Source: Promethearchaeati archaeon
GTDB lineage: Archaea; Asgardarchaeota; Heimdallarchaeia; JABLTI01
Reading direction: 5' to 3'
Assembly (NCBI GenBank): GCA_013166835.1
Contig: JABLTI010000029.1
Coordinates: forward strand, 5,579 to 29,578
DNA length: 24,000 nucleotides
The position numbers and the translations under genes were made by a program. A model generated the notes under the pieces. The model did not search any database, was not told where the DNA came from, and was given only the letters and a program-made list of their open reading frames with translations. Below, piece after piece: positions 22,670-24,000 of the stretch; the first letter of the stretch is position 1; each line of letters opens with the position of its first letter.

Positions 22670-23209
22670 TCATTCACTTGGCAGAGATTTCTGAATAAGA
22701 ATCAACTGCCCTAAGTGATAGGAATTATGTTGAAGAAGAATCTGCATAATCTTATACTTTTGAACATTACTCCATGAAGGCGTTGGATGGGAGAAATCAA
22801 GAGTATCGATTAATTTAGCGACAGTTTCCAACCCAGCAAGAAATTGCTTTTTATGAGTATTGAACGTTTTCTCATCACTATCATTCTCCGGAAATGATTT
22901 CAGCTCAATATTCTCCTTGAATGATGTGTCATCATCTAGTAGTAACATGATAAGTAATTTCTGCCAAAAAATCATGTGATAAAAGATCTCCCAAATAGTG
23001 GAAACATTTGGAGCAATACACTGATTAACAATACTAAATGGAAGCTTCTCGATAGCTTCTTTGGTGTTGAGATGAGTGTCCCCACCAATAAGACCATCTT
23101 TCAAATGAAGCCTAAATTCTTTAAGAAATTCTTCAGAAGTCATTTTACTCGAGACCACTATAATGAAGATAACTAATAAAACCATTTTGTTGTTAAAAAC
23201 CAAGAGCAA
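22670..23209 (-). CDS. DinB-superfamily (DinB_2-like) four-helix-bundle protein
   Basis: The C-terminal 'LLQHNSYHLGQLILIQKSL' is the typical DinB-family histidine motif, and 'IFYHMIFWQ' supplies an earlier His. The first 22 codons are a hydrophobic, low-complexity extension. A likelier start is ATG 23143 (MTSEEFLKEF), which gives 157 aa. Confidence 0.7.
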   Translation of the reverse strand: MLLVFNNKMVLLVIFIIVVSSKMTSEEFLKEFRLHLKDGLIGGDTHLNTKEAIEKLPFSIVNQCIAPNVSTIWEIFYHMIFWQKLLIMLLLDDDTSFKENIELKSFPENDSDEKTFNTHKKQFLAGLETVAKLIDTLDFSHPTPSWSNVQKYKIMQILLQHNSYHLGQLILIQKSLPSE

Positions 23210-23262
23210 TAAGTAGAATTTTAACTATATATCGTTTTATGATAATATAAGGGTGAACTGTC

Positions 23263-24000
23263 TTGAAGAAAGAGAGATTTTTCACAGGAGTTATACTAAT
23301 ATTTCTTTTAGGATTTATAACTCAGCAATGGAATTTTGCTAGTGGTTTTGAAAGAGATGAAAACAGACAAACAAATCTAAAGAATTCAATTTTGAATCTT
23401 GTTGAACATGCACCAATTCTGATCGATTCAAATAATGATTTTGAGACTCTTAATTTCACAGGAGAAGGAACAGAACTAGAACCGTATTTAATTACTAATC
23501 TTTTTATAAATTCTTCAGGAGTAATTAATGGAATTGAAGTTCACAATACAAATGTTCATTTTGAAATAAAGAATTGCACGATTTTAACTGATTATATTGC
23601 CATTCTTTTGAGTGCTACAGCTGCAAGTACAGTGAAAATTATCAATAATACTTGCATATCAAAATTAGGGGATGGAGCAGGAGCTGGAGTAACTGGGACG
23701 TATGGTTGTACCATTACTGATAATGAATTTGCTTATTTTATGCAAGGGATTCACCTAAACCACGCACATAATAACATCATTGGAAATAATATCATTATAG
23801 CGAGTAATTATCAAGGGATAAACATACGGTATTCTAATTACAATGAAATAACTTACAATAGAATAGAGAACTCACAACAACACGGATTAGCATTTGTTGG
23901 ATCCTCACACACAAATGAAATACATCACAATACTTTCATCAATAATTCAAAAGCAGAATATTATACTATTGATGGTGAAAGAACAGGGACAATAATGAGT
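23263..24000 (+). CDS. Membrane-anchored or secreted right-handed parallel beta-helix (PbH1/NosD-like) repeat protein, 3'-truncated by the window
   Basis: Not in the ORF track. The frame is open from the TGA at 23254-23256 to the window end (246 codons). The only start codon is TTG 23263, preceded by GGGTGA (23251-23256) at 6-nt spacing. Translation: (M)KKERFFTGVILIFLLGFITQQW (signal or anchor), then repeats such as NTCISKLGDGAGAGVTGTYGCTITDNEF, GIHLNHAHNNIIGNNIIIASNYQGINIRYSNYNEITYNRIENSQQHGLAFVGSSHTNEIHHNTFINN. Confidence 0.7.
   Translation, partial: MKKERFFTGVILIFLLGFITQQWNFASGFERDENRQTNLKNSILNLVEHAPILIDSNNDFETLNFTGEGTELEPYLITNLFINSSGVINGIEVHNTNVHFEIKNCTILTDYIAILLSATAASTVKIINNTCISKLGDGAGAGVTGTYGCTITDNEFAYFMQGIHLNHAHNNIIGNNIIIASNYQGINIRYSNYNEITYNRIENSQQHGLAFVGSSHTNEIHHNTFINNSKAEYYTIDGERTGTIMS

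Noticed and set aside
1-24000. CRISPR arrays, tRNA/rRNA genes and long tandem repeats
   Set aside because: All intergenic gaps are shorter than about 180 nt. None shows cloverleaf-compatible stems, regularly spaced repeats or rRNA-like conserved blocks.

Overview
Gene-dense, AT-rich 24-kb chromosomal window. My hand counts of single 60-nt rows range from 23% to 48% G+C. I can support 19 protein-coding genes. I saw no rRNA, tRNA, CRISPR array, transposase or integrase.

Gene order, left to right:
- an FtsX/MacB-type ABC permease (reading frame open at the left edge) followed by a fused two-NBD ATPase;
- a 1116-aa GNAT-acetyltransferase fusion protein;
- three small polytopic membrane proteins;
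- a translationally coupled pair: a 1664-aa, four-NBD, tandemly duplicated UvrA-like ATPase and a 348-aa QW-motif alpha/alpha-toroid protein (terpene-cyclase/prenyltransferase fold);
- oligopeptidase B;
- two small ORFs;
- a glutaminyl-tRNA synthetase with an N-terminal domain like that of archaeal GluRS, overlapping a TPR-protein gene;
- a DUF2229 / 2-hydroxyglutaryl-CoA-dehydratase-D-like pair, with the first gene broken by a frame change and no activase ATPase beside it;
- a DinB-superfamily protein;
- a TTG-initiated, 3'-truncated parallel beta-helix protein that is absent from the ORF track.

Host: several signals suggest an archaeal, possibly Asgard-like, host. These are oligo-T tracts after genes, an A/T box about 27 nt upstream of a first-gene ATG with no Shine-Dalgarno (SD) sequence, SD sequences mainly at operon-internal genes, and the archaeal-type appendage on GlnRS. 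This cannot be established without a database search.

Best candidate for an undescribed system: the 8398-14435 cassette. It encodes a covalent UvrA pseudo-dimer whose two halves appear to have lost complementary accessory domains. That gene is coupled by an ATGA overlap and an internal GGAGGG to a QW-repeat toroid protein. The cassette is visibly more GC-rich than its flanks. All family assignments come from motif recognition and remembered reference sequences, not from searches.
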